Below are positions 1-10,975 of a stretch of DNA of 64,000 nucleotides, piece after piece. Location: the NCBI GenBank assembly GCA_965200155.1, contig CBDATR010000034.1:174849-238848 (forward strand). The letters are read 5' to 3'. The notes under the pieces were generated by a model. That model saw only the letters and a list, made by a program, of their open reading frames with translations. It was not told the origin of the DNA and searched no databases. Each line of letters starts with the position of its first letter. Position 1 is the first letter of the stretch. The stretch comes from Nitrosopumilaceae archaeon (lineage in GTDB: Archaea > Thermoproteota > Nitrososphaeria > Nitrososphaerales > Nitrosopumilaceae). The position numbers and the translations under genes were made by a program.

Positions 1-219
1 GGATTTGACTCGGAGAGTCCGGACAGGCAGAGGCAGCTGATTCAGCGGGTTAGAAATTACATGCTCTCCAAGGAGTATTCGGCCCAGACCTTTGAGACAT
101 ATGGGTTGCAGGGGACACCCTCAACTATAGTGGTGGACCGGCAGGGCATACTCAGAGATGTTACGTTCGGCCAGACCGGTAGCATAGAGTCAAAGATCAA
201 GGTCCTCTTAAGGGACTAG
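1..219 (+). CDS. C-terminal part of a thioredoxin-fold/redoxin protein (truncated by window edge)
   Basis: Frame 1 reads ...YGLQGTPSTIVVDRQGILR... (TlpA-like cis-Pro motif) to TAG at 217-219. Confidence 0.65.
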   Translation, partial: GFDSESPDRQRQLIQRVRNYMLSKEYSAQTFETYGLQGTPSTIVVDRQGILRDVTFGQTGSIESKIKVLLRD

Positions 220-288
220 CGCGCGTCCTTTCCAACAACGTGTAATTATTACAATAGGTCGTGCGTGAATTTAGAAGTAAACTTGTAG

Positions 289-738
289 CTATAGGGCAAA
301 TCGCTTCTTCATACTAGCATCCTTGTATATTCGTGGATGAGACGTATCGGCCAGTATAACCTCGAACCACTGATGAATGCCGTCCCGGTATACAAAGTAT
401 GATCCCAGCAGGCTCATATTTGGATATCTCTCCAAGACCCGGTTCTCCGCCACTTTTTGCATGTTTATGTCTGCCTTTATCTTGGTTACACCTAGGTGTT
501 TTGGACGCCTTCCTCCCCTAGGTCTCTGCTTTCTCATTCCGCCTACGCCAACACGCATGCGTATAACTACGATGCCGTTCTTTGCCTTGTATCCCAGCCG
601 TCTTGCACGTTGCAGTCTGCTGGGTCGCTCTATACGGGTTATGGCATTCTGCTTTCGCCATTCTACTATCCGCTGTCTCAGCTCGGGAGCATTTGTGCGC
701 CACAACTTGGCCCAAGTGGAATCCTGGTAACTCACCAT
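289..738 (-). CDS. rpl15e: 50S ribosomal protein L15e
   Basis: RARRLGYKAK, GGRRPKHLG, ERYPNM..LGSY motifs. Confidence 0.95.
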   Translation of the reverse strand: MVSYQDSTWAKLWRTNAPELRQRIVEWRKQNAITRIERPSRLQRARRLGYKAKNGIVVIRMRVGVGGMRKQRPRGGRRPKHLGVTKIKADINMQKVAENRVLERYPNMSLLGSYFVYRDGIHQWFEVILADTSHPRIYKDASMKKRFAL

Positions 739-869
739 GATGGTATATCGACTCTAGTCCCATTATTAATTCATGCTTCCGGCGACAGGTACAGCAAGTT
801 CCAAAAAGTCAGGCATGGTCATCCCATATGTTCCCGGGACCAAAATCTAAAGTTCCATGAATATAGCGG

Positions 870-2303
870 TCACCATAAGTCTTTGATTTTCATGGCACCT
901 CGTTCCTGGACAGTACCTGGCTTTGGCTTGTCACCATTATTCCCGCCCTGACGCCTCCGGACGACACGCTCTGCCGCCCCATACAGGATGTTCCATGCCG
1001 CGTTGATATAGGCGTGAAATTCCTGGTTACATATTGAAAGTGTCCCTAGTTGATCGTGATTTGTCGTCAACGTGTCCACACACGTGACAGGTCTGGCTTG
1101 TGTATTTCACTGGCACAGCCTCCAATTCAATCCCCAGTGCCTCGCACTTTTGTACTACTTTCCGGCGGAACTCGCCTACCCGGTTCTCGCGCATGGAACG
1201 GTTCATTGCTCTTTTCCGGTTCCCGCCATGACTGGTCATTGCTTTCGGTGATAAATCCTCTAGTACTACCTTGTCCACACCTTTGATGATCGCGTGGACC
1301 ATTCTATTCGTGGAGTCGTTCGCGATATTATTCGCTTTCTGTCTTAGTCGAGTGATTTGTTTCTCAATCTTTCGCTTCCTGCGCTTACCCTTTCGCGTTC
1401 TAATACTCTGGAATGCGCTAATCTCCCGCAATATGGAACAATGTCTCATGTTATGAATAATCGTTATGCCATTCGTGTCAGCTGTTACAGCTAGATGTTT
1501 CCCGCCGACATCCACGCAGCAAACAACGCCGGTCGGTAGGTGGTGTCTCCCGTATATTGATGTGAATCTCGAATTAACGTTCCCTGTTCTTGTCAACTCG
1601 TTCCACTATACTGAATGGGCGCATGTTCAAGGAACGATCGATTGGTTTGGTTGTTCTCACCACACCAATACCCGGCAGGTATAGTTCGTGAGAACCGCGC
1701 CTTATCGGCGGACTTACATAAGACAGTATTACTCTATCATTGTCACGCCGGTGTGGTATGTAATTAGAATGATCCTCGTACGCCCGCCTGCACGCGACAG
1801 ACGCCTGTAGTATGGCGTCCAGACCATAGTTAGAGGGTAACTCGCGCACCCACTCCAGATCACGGCGCCAATTTGTCAATTCCAGGAACAAACCATTCTT
1901 GTTGGACGGGTAAACCGTCTCTTGATGACCGTTCTAGAACGCGGTAGCTGATTCACGGTATGAGTTCACCTGTGTCTAAATTTACGCATAACTGATGGAA
2001 CAGGTTGTTCTAGTTAATGTGATTTGTGCACAAGATTCCGGAAGACGTGAACTCATATGATTCACGTATAATGAATCACAGACCATATGGTGACTTGGCG
2101 GACTCGTTCTTATTCTTGACCTTGGCCGGATCATGCTTCAATTCAAGAGTGGTTCCAGGTATGTAGTAACCGCCCAGCGTGATCTCGGACACCGCTCTAT
2201 TATAGACATAATCGGATGTGTAACCAAACATCTTGGCGCGCCGGGAGAACTCCTTATCATTCTTCAACGGTATAATGACGGTCTGAATTATGTCATCCAT
2301 CAT
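870..2303 (-). pseudogene. tnpB: TnpB (IS200/IS605 OrfB-type RuvC nuclease), frameshifted and MITE-interrupted
   Basis: Fragments FGYTSDYVYN, VDVGGKHLAV (RuvC-I), VVLEDL (RuvC-II), YTSQTCHVCGH (Zn ribbon), HAYINAAWNI (RuvC-III with D->Y). Confidence 0.88.
1958..2058 (+). mobile_element. MITE-A (IS66-derived, 101 bp)
   Basis: TIR gtatgagttcac; TSD gattcacg; empty site present in the other tnpB copy (~15400). Confidence 0.9.
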
Positions 2304-2479
2304 CTGGCGATTCTACTCTAGTAGTGGTTCTATATAGTACGGTCCTATACCCGGCAAAGACTTATGGTGGGCGCTATACAATGAGTATTGTTCGGGGTTA
2401 GGGCGCTATAAAATATCATAATGAGGAAAGGTCACCATAGCATCCCTCCTTGGGGTAAGGTAAACGCCCACACCACATA

Positions 2480-2689
2480 TCACGCCGCAACAGCATCGTG
2501 TGATTCCACAAATATGACGCTTAATAGATCCCTGCTACTACGCTTGTTTATTGTGTCATAGCTGGTATTATGCCGGTTTTTGAGATGCGCCTTGCGGGAT
2601 TTAATACCATACTCCCGGCACAGTCTGCAAAAGTATGTAGTTTTACGCTCTGCCCTAGGTCTGGCTTGGTCATACGCAACGCTCATCAT
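2480..2689 (-). CDS. small hypothetical protein, C2H2-like zinc finger
   Basis: CRLC...HLKNRH pattern. Confidence 0.6.
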   Translation of the reverse strand: MMSVAYDQARPRAERKTTYFCRLCREYGIKSRKAHLKNRHNTSYDTINKRSSRDLLSVIFVESHDAVAA

Positions 2690-2830
2690 TACTAATTTAT
2701 GGCATAGTAGATTTTAATGTTGTCATATATCTTACATTTTGTAATACAATTCCGCCATCATGTATTAAACCTATAAACCGCAGGACAAGACAAACCCAAT
2801 CGATTTAAGGCGGCAGTATACACCACATGC

Positions 2831-3433
2831 ATGCTCATCAAGATATGCTGTATGGCGCTAGCGGCAGTTGTATCTGCGGCATACGGGGATCCCCTGGAGG
2901 TGCATACAACGCAGGAGACATATACGTACGGAGAATATCTGAATATAATCATACAGGTGGAGGAGATAAGCGAACCTGTTGCCATACTAACCATACAGGA
3001 TATGGAGGGCAAACCCAGTGCGCCCATACAGGTACCACTGCAAGGGCTGAATACCACATTTCCCGCAACATTCCCCTTTGATCTTGAGTATCCCGCAGGC
3101 CAGTACAGGATACAGGCAGAGTATTCTGGTTACACGGCAGAGACAGTCTTTGAGCTTGTAGAGACCGATGGCATAGTGATTCCCAACCTAATTCGGCAGG
3201 TCGCCATTTACTGGATTAGTGGCCAGGTATCCGGGGAGGTGTATACTGATATTTTGGCAGAATTGTCGGATCAGGGTATCCTGACTATTCCGGATACGCA
3301 GTTGCAGGGAACCATACCTGCATGGGTTATGATACCTACTGTGTTATGGTTACAGGATCTAATAGACAATAGCACATATGTCAATCTCATTCAGTACTTG
3401 GTAGATCAAGGCATCATAATAGTAGGCGCGTAA
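2831..3433 (+). CDS. secreted hypothetical protein with thaumarchaeal C-terminal IPxW/W..G.I repeats
   Basis: Signal peptide; IPNLIRQVAIYWISGQV and IPAWV...IQYLVDQGII. Confidence 0.8.
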   Translation: MLIKICCMALAAVVSAAYGDPLEVHTTQETYTYGEYLNIIIQVEEISEPVAILTIQDMEGKPSAPIQVPLQGLNTTFPATFPFDLEYPAGQYRIQAEYSGYTAETVFELVETDGIVIPNLIRQVAIYWISGQVSGEVYTDILAELSDQGILTIPDTQLQGTIPAWVMIPTVLWLQDLIDNSTYVNLIQYLVDQGIIIVGA

Positions 3434-3700
3434 GAACCACACAAACAGTACGTGACTGCGCCCACCGGCTTTGGCAAATATCACCCATTATGAGCGACCC
3501 TGCATACATGCGTCATTCTGTAACCGCACAGAATATACCAGGTACAAGTTCATTCCCAATCGCGATCAGCCGTGTAAACGCCGGTTAACTCATACGATGG
3601 CTTGCAGTACAAGGAATACGCCATTTCATGATGCCGCATATGAATTCAGAAATACAGGCAGAGTCATTCATGTGAAAAATCAATGCTACGCCAACCGACT

Positions 3701-4759
3701 TGTAATGTATGAAAAGTCGGTCCGCTAGTCATTGGCATCCCGCTCCATCCATTTTACATTATTTGCCCTAATTGCCTGGGTCGCCTTTTTATTCCTGAAG
3801 CGATGTTTCGTCGTTATCTATATCTAGTGAGAAGTGCAATCTTCTCTCATTGTAGTAGTCAACATAATCCCGGAGACTGTCATAATGCCATATCTCATTG
3901 GACTCTTAAATAAGAGTCCCCTCGTCCTCAATCATTCCATGGAAGCGCTCCAGTTGTATGAGTTCACCTGTGTCTAAATTTACGCATAACTGATCGCGAC
4001 AGTTAAAGAACCGGTTCTTTTGTGCATAAGATTCCGGAAGACGTGAACTCATACCTCCAGTTTGCCATTTGTCTACGGGTGGTATGGTCTGGAATTGATT
4101 AGTATGATGTCTTGATTCAGCAGTTCTTCCTAGAATAGTGGGTTTCCAGTTCTTTTTGCCCTTTTATTGTCCTACGAAACACGCGCCGTTATCCGAGATG
4201 CAGGGGCGCCGAATCGTTTCATTGACAGTCTCAGTAATAGAGTGGCGTTCTCTGAGGTTGCATGCTAGAATAGTGCAGCTCCGACTATACACCTGGATGC
4301 ATCATCTATGAGATTCAGTCCCCTGAAGCGCTCATCTTTTCATGACATGGCAGTGCCACATTGCATTGGAATATTTACGCTCATAGCGTACCCACTCTGA
4401 TTTGTGATGAGACTGTCGTGCCGTTCTTTTTCATTATGCGATATACTGCGCGATATGTATTATGTCTAAGCCTCTTTGCAATACGTACTACTCCGGCGGG
4501 ATCCTTGCTGTATGCTTCAGTTACCATTCGTATCTGGGTGGCGGTGATTGGTATCATGGGCCTGCCCATCTTTACTCGAGTCGTTCCCGTCCTCTGGTTC
4601 ACAATCTTCGTACGTGTCTTGTTTCGGGTCTTGAGCTATATTGGTTGTGGCAACGCCTCTTTTGTCTTGATTCCTCTGTTATTCTCTTTACCATCTGGCT
4701 TGTGCAATCTGAACTACTGTACGCCGGATCCTAAGCGGACTTACTTTTCGTACTATTGA
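3701..4759 (-). mobile_element. IS481-family element, degenerate (copy 1)
   Basis: Imperfect TIRs tgtaatgtatgaaaagtcggtccgct / tcaatagtacgaaaagtaagtccgct; rve fragments RYERKYSNAMWH, IDDASR, SDNG, TNGKLERFHG. Confidence 0.85.
3956..4054 (+). mobile_element. MITE-A (99 bp)
   Basis: TSD ctccagtt. Confidence 0.9.
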
Positions 4760-4814
4760 GATTATAGATAAACGGCGGTTAAGTTATATGTATCGTGTAA
4801 TTTTCTTTACTGTA

Positions 4815-6209
4815 ATGAAAAAACGAGTTAGCATGGTGCTCACTGCGGCAGTTGTTGCTGTTGTGGGCGCTGCACTAATTGGTAGTACTTTTACTCAGTC
4901 TCAATTGTCCACCGCGACCTCTGATCCTCATGTTATGGATCAAATTCGCGCAATGGGCGGACTCCAACTGGTTATGCCCGAGGCATTTGCGGATGTCACA
5001 TGTGATAACATAGATACCACCGGACGTACAGTGGTAGAGTTCAATTTGACTGGTGAATCAGTAGAGCTGCCAATTATGGGTGGAAATACCTATCAGGCAA
5101 TGACCTTTAGTGGTCAAGTACCTGGTCCCACACTCAGAGTAACCCAAGGTGATGTGGTAATGATGACCCTTACTATACCTGCTGATGAGCTTACGGCTCA
5201 CGGTAATGACATGCACTCAAGTCAGATGTCATCTGCCAACTTTGGTGCAGTCTGGCCCGGATCTTCCGAGACATACTGCTACATTGCAGAATCCGCGGGT
5301 GTCTTCAAGTACCACTGTTCCGGAATTGATCTGGCTGCCATGGACCAGCACGTACTGTCTGGCATGTATGGTATCGCCATTGTTGATCCACTGGATGGTT
5401 ACAAGAAGCTGATGGTAGAAAAGACCAAAGTCGTTAACGGCGAGGTAGTCTTGGATAGGATGATATATGATGCTGATGCACTGGAGTTCCAACTTCAATA
5501 CAATCAGCTCTATCTGACTGAGGCTGGCACCTATGACATGGTCGCGATGATGGGTCACCAGAATACCGGTACTGTGGTAAATGGTATGCAGTTTGGCTAT
5601 GTGCCTAATGGCGTACACAACTTGCTCATTAACGGTGACATGGGAAGCAACATATTCGTGGCTCAGCCATGGAATGGTCTTGATCTAGAACAGTACCAAT
5701 CCCAGCTACTATACGTTGAGACCGGTCAGCATGTCCGAATATTTGTGGAGAACCAGGGTAATGAATCAGTATTCTTCCACATTGTAGGTGAGATACTGGA
5801 CAGGGTTACCCAGGGTAACCGTGTAGTATCTGCCGCAACCGAGACATGGAACTTGGGTGGCTCACAGAACATGATAGTAGATCTGGTCTTTGATGTTCCA
5901 GGTACCTATGCAGCAGTGAACCACGACTATGCAGCAATCTACTCTGGCGCGGCTACAGTATTTGTAGCAGGTGATCCCTTCGGCCTAAATGAGCGTCTAA
6001 TGGATGCTGGTGTCCTTACTGAGCCGGTTCCATCATACGCATATGTACTGGGCAATCCCAGCGATGCAGTTCCGCCCATGGGTATGAACAGTATTGCTCA
6101 TCCTGCCATTAACATACACGGTTTGTACACAGATGAGGTAGTGGAGCAAAAGAGAAGCGAGGGCGCACTAGCACTCTGGGAAATCGTTCCTACACTACCA
6201 CCAATCTAG
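4815..6209 (+). CDS. nirK: copper-containing nitrite reductase (AOA type)
   Basis: N-terminal TM anchor; HGNDMH, KYHC, HVLSGM, FFHIVG, VNHD Cu-ligand motifs; start taken at MKKRV. Confidence 0.93.
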   Translation: MKKRVSMVLTAAVVAVVGAALIGSTFTQSQLSTATSDPHVMDQIRAMGGLQLVMPEAFADVTCDNIDTTGRTVVEFNLTGESVELPIMGGNTYQAMTFSGQVPGPTLRVTQGDVVMMTLTIPADELTAHGNDMHSSQMSSANFGAVWPGSSETYCYIAESAGVFKYHCSGIDLAAMDQHVLSGMYGIAIVDPLDGYKKLMVEKTKVVNGEVVLDRMIYDADALEFQLQYNQLYLTEAGTYDMVAMMGHQNTGTVVNGMQFGYVPNGVHNLLINGDMGSNIFVAQPWNGLDLEQYQSQLLYVETGQHVRIFVENQGNESVFFHIVGEILDRVTQGNRVVSAATETWNLGGSQNMIVDLVFDVPGTYAAVNHDYAAIYSGAATVFVAGDPFGLNERLMDAGVLTEPVPSYAYVLGNPSDAVPPMGMNSIAHPAINIHGLYTDEVVEQKRSEGALALWEIVPTLPPI

Positions 6210-6259
6210 ACATTTTCATTTTTTATATGATTATATACTACTATTCTGGGTAGACATAC

Positions 6260-7183
6260 ATGACTAATGTATTGGTATGCGACGAGGTAGACCCGGTCTT
6301 GCCCAAGATACTGATAGACAATGGTATGGCCGTGACCTATCAACCAGATATAGATACAAAGACACTACTACTGGACATTGCCAAATATGATCATGTAGTG
6401 GTACGCAGTCGTACCCGAATAACCGCGGAGATGATACAGAATGCGCGAAAATGCAAGGTTATTGCCAGGGTCGGTGTCGGACTTGACAATATAGACCAGA
6501 AGGCAGCCGCGGAGAAGAATATACGGGTAGTTAATGCTGTCGAGGGAGCCATGAATGCGGTGGCCGAGCTTGTAATTACCCTGATGCTCTCGCTGGCCAG
6601 AAATGTTCCCCGTGCAGATCGCACCCTGCGGGGTGGCCAGTGGGTCAAAAAGGACCTAAAGGGTACTGAACTGCGGGGCAAGTATCTGGGCATTGTAGGC
6701 GTGGGTAACATCGGCAAGCGATTGGCACGCCTAGCACGGGCATTTAACATGAATATAATCGGATATGATGTAATGCCAATTGATCCACAATTGGTAAGCG
6801 AGGTGGGCATGATAAAGGCCGACCTGGATACCTTGCTACAGAGTGCCGATTACGTATCGTTGCATGTGCCGCTCTTGGACTCCACACGACACCTTATTGA
6901 CGCTAGGCGACTGTCACTTATGAAGAAGGGATCCTGCATAATAAACACGTCCAGGGGGGGTACCATAGACGAGACTGCCTTGTATAATTCCCTGCTTGAG
7001 GGTCACTTGGGCGGCGCGGCACTAGACGTCTTTGAGAATGAGCCCGCTACCGATACGCCCTTGGCTAAACTGGACAATGTGGTTCTCACTCCACATATTG
7101 GCGCGCAGACACGCGAGGCTCAGAAACTTGCGGCAAATGTAATTGCCGAGAAACTGGTCCAGATAGAGCGGGGCGTACTGTGA
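6260..7183 (+). CDS. serA: D-3-phosphoglycerate dehydrogenase / D-2-hydroxyacid dehydrogenase
   Basis: RVGVGLDNID, GVGNIG, INTSRG, TPHIGA. Confidence 0.85.
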   Translation: MTNVLVCDEVDPVLPKILIDNGMAVTYQPDIDTKTLLLDIAKYDHVVVRSRTRITAEMIQNARKCKVIARVGVGLDNIDQKAAAEKNIRVVNAVEGAMNAVAELVITLMLSLARNVPRADRTLRGGQWVKKDLKGTELRGKYLGIVGVGNIGKRLARLARAFNMNIIGYDVMPIDPQLVSEVGMIKADLDTLLQSADYVSLHVPLLDSTRHLIDARRLSLMKKGSCIINTSRGGTIDETALYNSLLEGHLGGAALDVFENEPATDTPLAKLDNVVLTPHIGAQTREAQKLAANVIAEKLVQIERGVL

Positions 7184-7247
7184 GAGTCTCAGGATTCAGT
7201 ACTTTCGCGTTCTAATTCATTTTTAAACTACTTTTACATCTGATAGT

Positions 7248-7751
7248 GTGATGAGATATGGTGTGTCCCTTGTGGCATTACTGGTCTTGGGAATAGGTAT
7301 GGCCACTGCACAAACGCCCGACTTTGTGGAAGACGGGGTTGGCCCGGAGATATATGTAGAGCGATACCTAAACGAGGCAGAGTTTATCACTTGGTATGAT
7401 ACGTACTATCCGGATATACCCTTCCATGAGGCACTGCAGATAAGCCAAGCACAGTACGACGAGATGGTAATGCAGATAGCCAGCGAACAGTGTGAGGCAA
7501 ACGAGCACATGGTGGACGGACAGTGCATTCCAGTCCCGGCAGATTGCGGGCCTGGCACGGTAATGTCCGATAACCGGTGTGTTGTAGATCCGGCAATGGG
7601 GCCAATGCTGAACACGAACGAGGCTGTATTCCAGGCGCAAGGTGAGGGCTTGCAGCTTGGCGTGGCTGCGGCCGCGGGCTTTGGTATTGCCATAGGCATA
7701 CTTCTATTCCTGTGGTTACCCTCCCGGATTAGAAAAAGGATGTCCAAGTAG
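7248..7751 (+). CDS. hypothetical secreted/membrane-anchored protein with Cys-rich CG.GT repeats
   Basis: Signal peptide, YVERY..E..WYD..YP, CGPGTVM..C, C-terminal TM helix. Confidence 0.75.
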   Translation: MMRYGVSLVALLVLGIGMATAQTPDFVEDGVGPEIYVERYLNEAEFITWYDTYYPDIPFHEALQISQAQYDEMVMQIASEQCEANEHMVDGQCIPVPADCGPGTVMSDNRCVVDPAMGPMLNTNEAVFQAQGEGLQLGVAAAAGFGIAIGILLFLWLPSRIRKRMSK

Positions 7752-7928
7752 GATAACCTGGCGACAGTGTTTTCTTGATGTATTATTATGGGGTTCTGCC
7801 CAAATTAGTGTGGTAGTGGTCCAGGTTGTGCACCATGAATACACAACAGAATCCCATTATGTGAATCCGGTACCATAACGAATGAACTTTGATACTGGTC
7901 TCCCGCATTTGACATTCGGTTGGCGTAA

Positions 7929-8874
7929 TCAATGTACGAAAAGTAAGTCCGCTTAGGATCCGGCGTACAGTAGTTCAGATTGCACAAGCCAGATGGTAAA
8001 GAGAACAACAGAGGAATCAAGACAAAAGAGGCGTTGCCACAACCAATATAGCTCAAGACCTGAAACAAGACACGTACGAAGATTGTGAACCAGAGAACGG
8101 GGACGACTCGAGTAAAGATGGGCAGGCCCATGATACCAATCACCGCCACCCAGATACGAATGGTAACTGAAGCATATCACAAGGATCCCGCCGGAGTACG
8201 TATTGCAAAGAGGCTTAGACATACATATCGCGTAGCATATCGCATAATGAAAAAGAACGGCACGACAGTCTCATCACAAGTCAGAGTGGGTACGCTATGA
8301 GCGTAAATATTCCCATGCAATGTGGCACTGACATGTCACGAAAAGATGAGCGCTTCAGGGGGACTGAATCTCATAGATGATGCATCCAGGTGTATAGTCG
8401 GGGCGGCACTATTTGAGCATGCAACCTCAGAGAACGCCGCTCTATTACTGAGACTGGCAATGAAACGATTCGGCGCCCCTGCATCTCGGATAACGGCGCG
8501 TGTTTCGTAGGACAATAAAAGGGCAAAAAGAACTGGAAACCCACTATTCTAGGAAGAACTGCTGAATCAAGACATCATACTAATCAATTCCAGACCATAC
8601 CACCCGTAGACAAATGGCAAACTGGAGCGCTTCCATGGAATGATTGAGGACGAGGGGACTCTTATTTAAGAGTCCAATGAGATATGGCATTATGACAGTC
8701 TCCGGGATTATGTTGACTACTACAATGAGAGAAGATTGCACTTCTCACGGGATATAGATAACGGCGAGACACCACTCCAGGAACAAAAAGGCGACCCAGG
8801 CAATTAGGGCAAATAATGTAAAATGGATGGAGTGGGATGCCAATGACTAGCGGACCGACTTTTCATACATTACA
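7929..8874 (+). mobile_element. IS481-family element, degenerate (copy 2)
   Basis: Near-identical to 3701-4759 in inverted orientation. Confidence 0.85.
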
Positions 8875-8934
8875 CCGTTTATCTATAATCTTGTATCATT
8901 ATATTGTGCGATTAATATGATAATAATTCCCCCG

Positions 8935-9049
8935 GTAACCATTCAGGTCTTCCTGTTCCAGACATTAGACTAACATATTTTGGGACAAAGTAGTCACATG
9001 TTGCCCCCGTTAATCCTGACTTGTCCGCTTTTGTGATCTAAACAGTTAC
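8935..9049. mobile_element. degenerate MITE-B
   Basis: gtaaccattcaggtc ... gatctaaacagttac ends resemble the gtaaccgtttaggtc TIR. Confidence 0.45.
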
Positions 9050-9180
9050 GTCCCATTGTTTGTCTTGCCAGTCCGCATGTTTGTGTGGGGAATCAGGCAT
9101 TTTTGCCAGGATCCCACACATGGTAAGAAGCCTGCGACATGCAGTTCACCAAATATATAAAAGCATTATGTCTCATGCAT

Positions 9181-10170
9181 ATGAGAAAAAAGATCTTGCC
9201 GAAGGGATTACTCTCTGGCAGAAAACATCACAAGAGCACGGATCCCAAGACAAATATACAGACATTCCAAGGCAAGGCTTTTCGCTGGATAGACGTAGAG
9301 AGTCCACAGAGGGAGGATATGGAGAAACTGGCCGCGGAGCTGGGATTTCACGGACTAAACGTGGAGGATTGCCTGGCCAAATTTGAGCTGCCAAAGCTTG
9401 ACAGCTACAAGGACCACTTTTTTGCAGTACTGGGCGTCCCCCCACTGGAAGACAGCGGGGACCTCCGCTATGCACAGCTGTCCATGTTTGTGGGGAGTGA
9501 TTACCTGGTTACCGTTCATCAGGGCGACCTGCAACCACTAAGTGAGATGGCGCGCATGTGTGCCGAGGAGTCCAGGGACAGTCCACTGATGAAGACTCCC
9601 GGATTTTTGGTACACGGCATAGTGGATATGCTGGTGGATGACCTGTTGCACATGTCCCGCAGAATAATAGCCAATCTGGAAGACATGGAGGACCAGGTCT
9701 TTGATGACATGAGCTCCATGGCCAGGGAAATATCGTTACTGCGCAGAGACATAAACAAGCTGCGCCGCATGGTAACCCCGCTAAAGAAGTTTGTAGACGA
9801 GATATCCACCAATATAGAACGGTTTGAGGCAGGCACGGGCTTGGAACTCTACTTTGATGATGTTATAGATCACCTGGCCAAGGTTATAGAGACACTGGAG
9901 GAATCACGGGAGACCATGGAGATTTACAAGGATACGGATTTCATGCTCAGTACAGAAAAGACCAACAAGGTTTTGGCAATTCTTACAATAATATTCACCC
10001 TGGCCATACCCGCCACGGTTATCGGTACATTATACGGAATGAATGTTGCACTGCCCGGGGCGAGTCTTCCGGAATCAGGAGACTATACAGCGTTTGTTGG
10101 AATAGTGATAGCATCCACTGTCCCCGCAGGAATAATGTTTGTCTACTTTAAGCGTCTGGGGTGGATGTAG
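9181..10170 (+). CDS. corA: CorA Mg2+/Co2+ transporter
   Basis: WIDV, YFDDVIDH, YGMN signature, two C-terminal TMs; the start could be 9139. Confidence 0.9.
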   Translation: MRKKILPKGLLSGRKHHKSTDPKTNIQTFQGKAFRWIDVESPQREDMEKLAAELGFHGLNVEDCLAKFELPKLDSYKDHFFAVLGVPPLEDSGDLRYAQLSMFVGSDYLVTVHQGDLQPLSEMARMCAEESRDSPLMKTPGFLVHGIVDMLVDDLLHMSRRIIANLEDMEDQVFDDMSSMAREISLLRRDINKLRRMVTPLKKFVDEISTNIERFEAGTGLELYFDDVIDHLAKVIETLEESRETMEIYKDTDFMLSTEKTNKVLAILTIIFTLAIPATVIGTLYGMNVALPGASLPESGDYTAFVGIVIASTVPAGIMFVYFKRLGWM

Positions 10171-10930
10171 TCTCCTGGACAAATATGTCAATATTGGTCA
10201 GACTTTTTTGCAACGAGTCCGGAATTGCTATGAGTAAGCCGGAACCGGCAGTCACGTTACTACAGTATCCGGTATAGCTGTGCCGGTTTGACACGCTACA
10301 CCCGGGCTCGGTATACCTTTCAAAGGAATCCTGATAGTAGTCGGCGTAATCCGGCATAAATGGTACAAAGTGGGCATCAAATGCCACACCGGGATCGTTA
10401 ATAGATATGGAGTATTGTAATGTAGAAGATGACTCGCTAGTACAGACAGGTATGAACTGGACGTACCCGTTACGAATGGTGTCATACTGTACAGAATCCG
10501 AGTAGGTGGTGTTTGGTATGTCCGGGAGGAGAGGTGAGTACGGATCCGTGTTTATCTGCGTACCCTGAGCGTAAGATACCAGACTGCGCAGTGTGTCAGA
10601 TCCATACCGGTATAATGGGGGACTCCAGCTGCTCTCACAGTTTGAGAGTCCATGGTAAAGCAGAACTGCCTCCCTGCCGTTCTGCGTTACAATTTGATTT
10701 GTATTATACACCACATCATCCGGCAATGACTGGTGACCCCAAGATAGCGTAACATCATACAGTATGTTGGCCGGGGCGCTGTTCCAGCCGGGTTGTAGAT
10801 GTACGTATACGGAATACTTGTCCAGCGATTGTTGGGATGGTGAGACGTATAGATGATGCCCGTATAGGGCATTAAGTAGTATTAGACCCAGTGCTGCTGC
10901 AATTATAATGCCGTAACGTATGCTACGCAC
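10148..10930 (-). CDS. hypothetical membrane-anchored protein
   Basis: 260-aa ORF with N-terminal TM, YVHLQPGW and IQFIPVC-like motifs. Confidence 0.75.
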   Translation of the reverse strand: MRSIRYGIIIAAALGLILLNALYGHHLYVSPSQQSLDKYSVYVHLQPGWNSAPANILYDVTLSWGHQSLPDDVVYNTNQIVTQNGREAVLLYHGLSNCESSWSPPLYRYGSDTLRSLVSYAQGTQINTDPYSPLLPDIPNTTYSDSVQYDTIRNGYVQFIPVCTSESSSTLQYSISINDPGVAFDAHFVPFMPDYADYYQDSFERYTEPGCSVSNRHSYTGYCSNVTAGSGLLIAIPDSLQKSLTNIDIFVQETTSTPDA

Positions 10931-10975
10931 AGTACTCAGATGGTCTTAGAGTTATTTAATTCAATTTATTATAGT

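Larger units (their letters stand above)
864..2376 (-). mobile_element. tnpB-carrying element bounded by 22-bp IS630/mariner-like TIRs with TA duplication
   Basis: TA|tagcggtcaccataagtctttg at 862-885 and caaagacttatggtgggcgcta|TA at 2355-2378 (20/22 inverted match). Confidence 0.8.

Noticed and set aside
3471-3728. ORF that would join ORF 7805-7928 across the inversion breakpoint
   Set aside because: The joined translation has no recognisable motif and contains a decayed MITE (3542-3595); likely non-coding.
3701-8874. nirK carried on an IS481 composite transposon
   Set aside because: Outer flanks do not match each other; TSDs pair crosswise, indicating two independent insertions plus an inversion.
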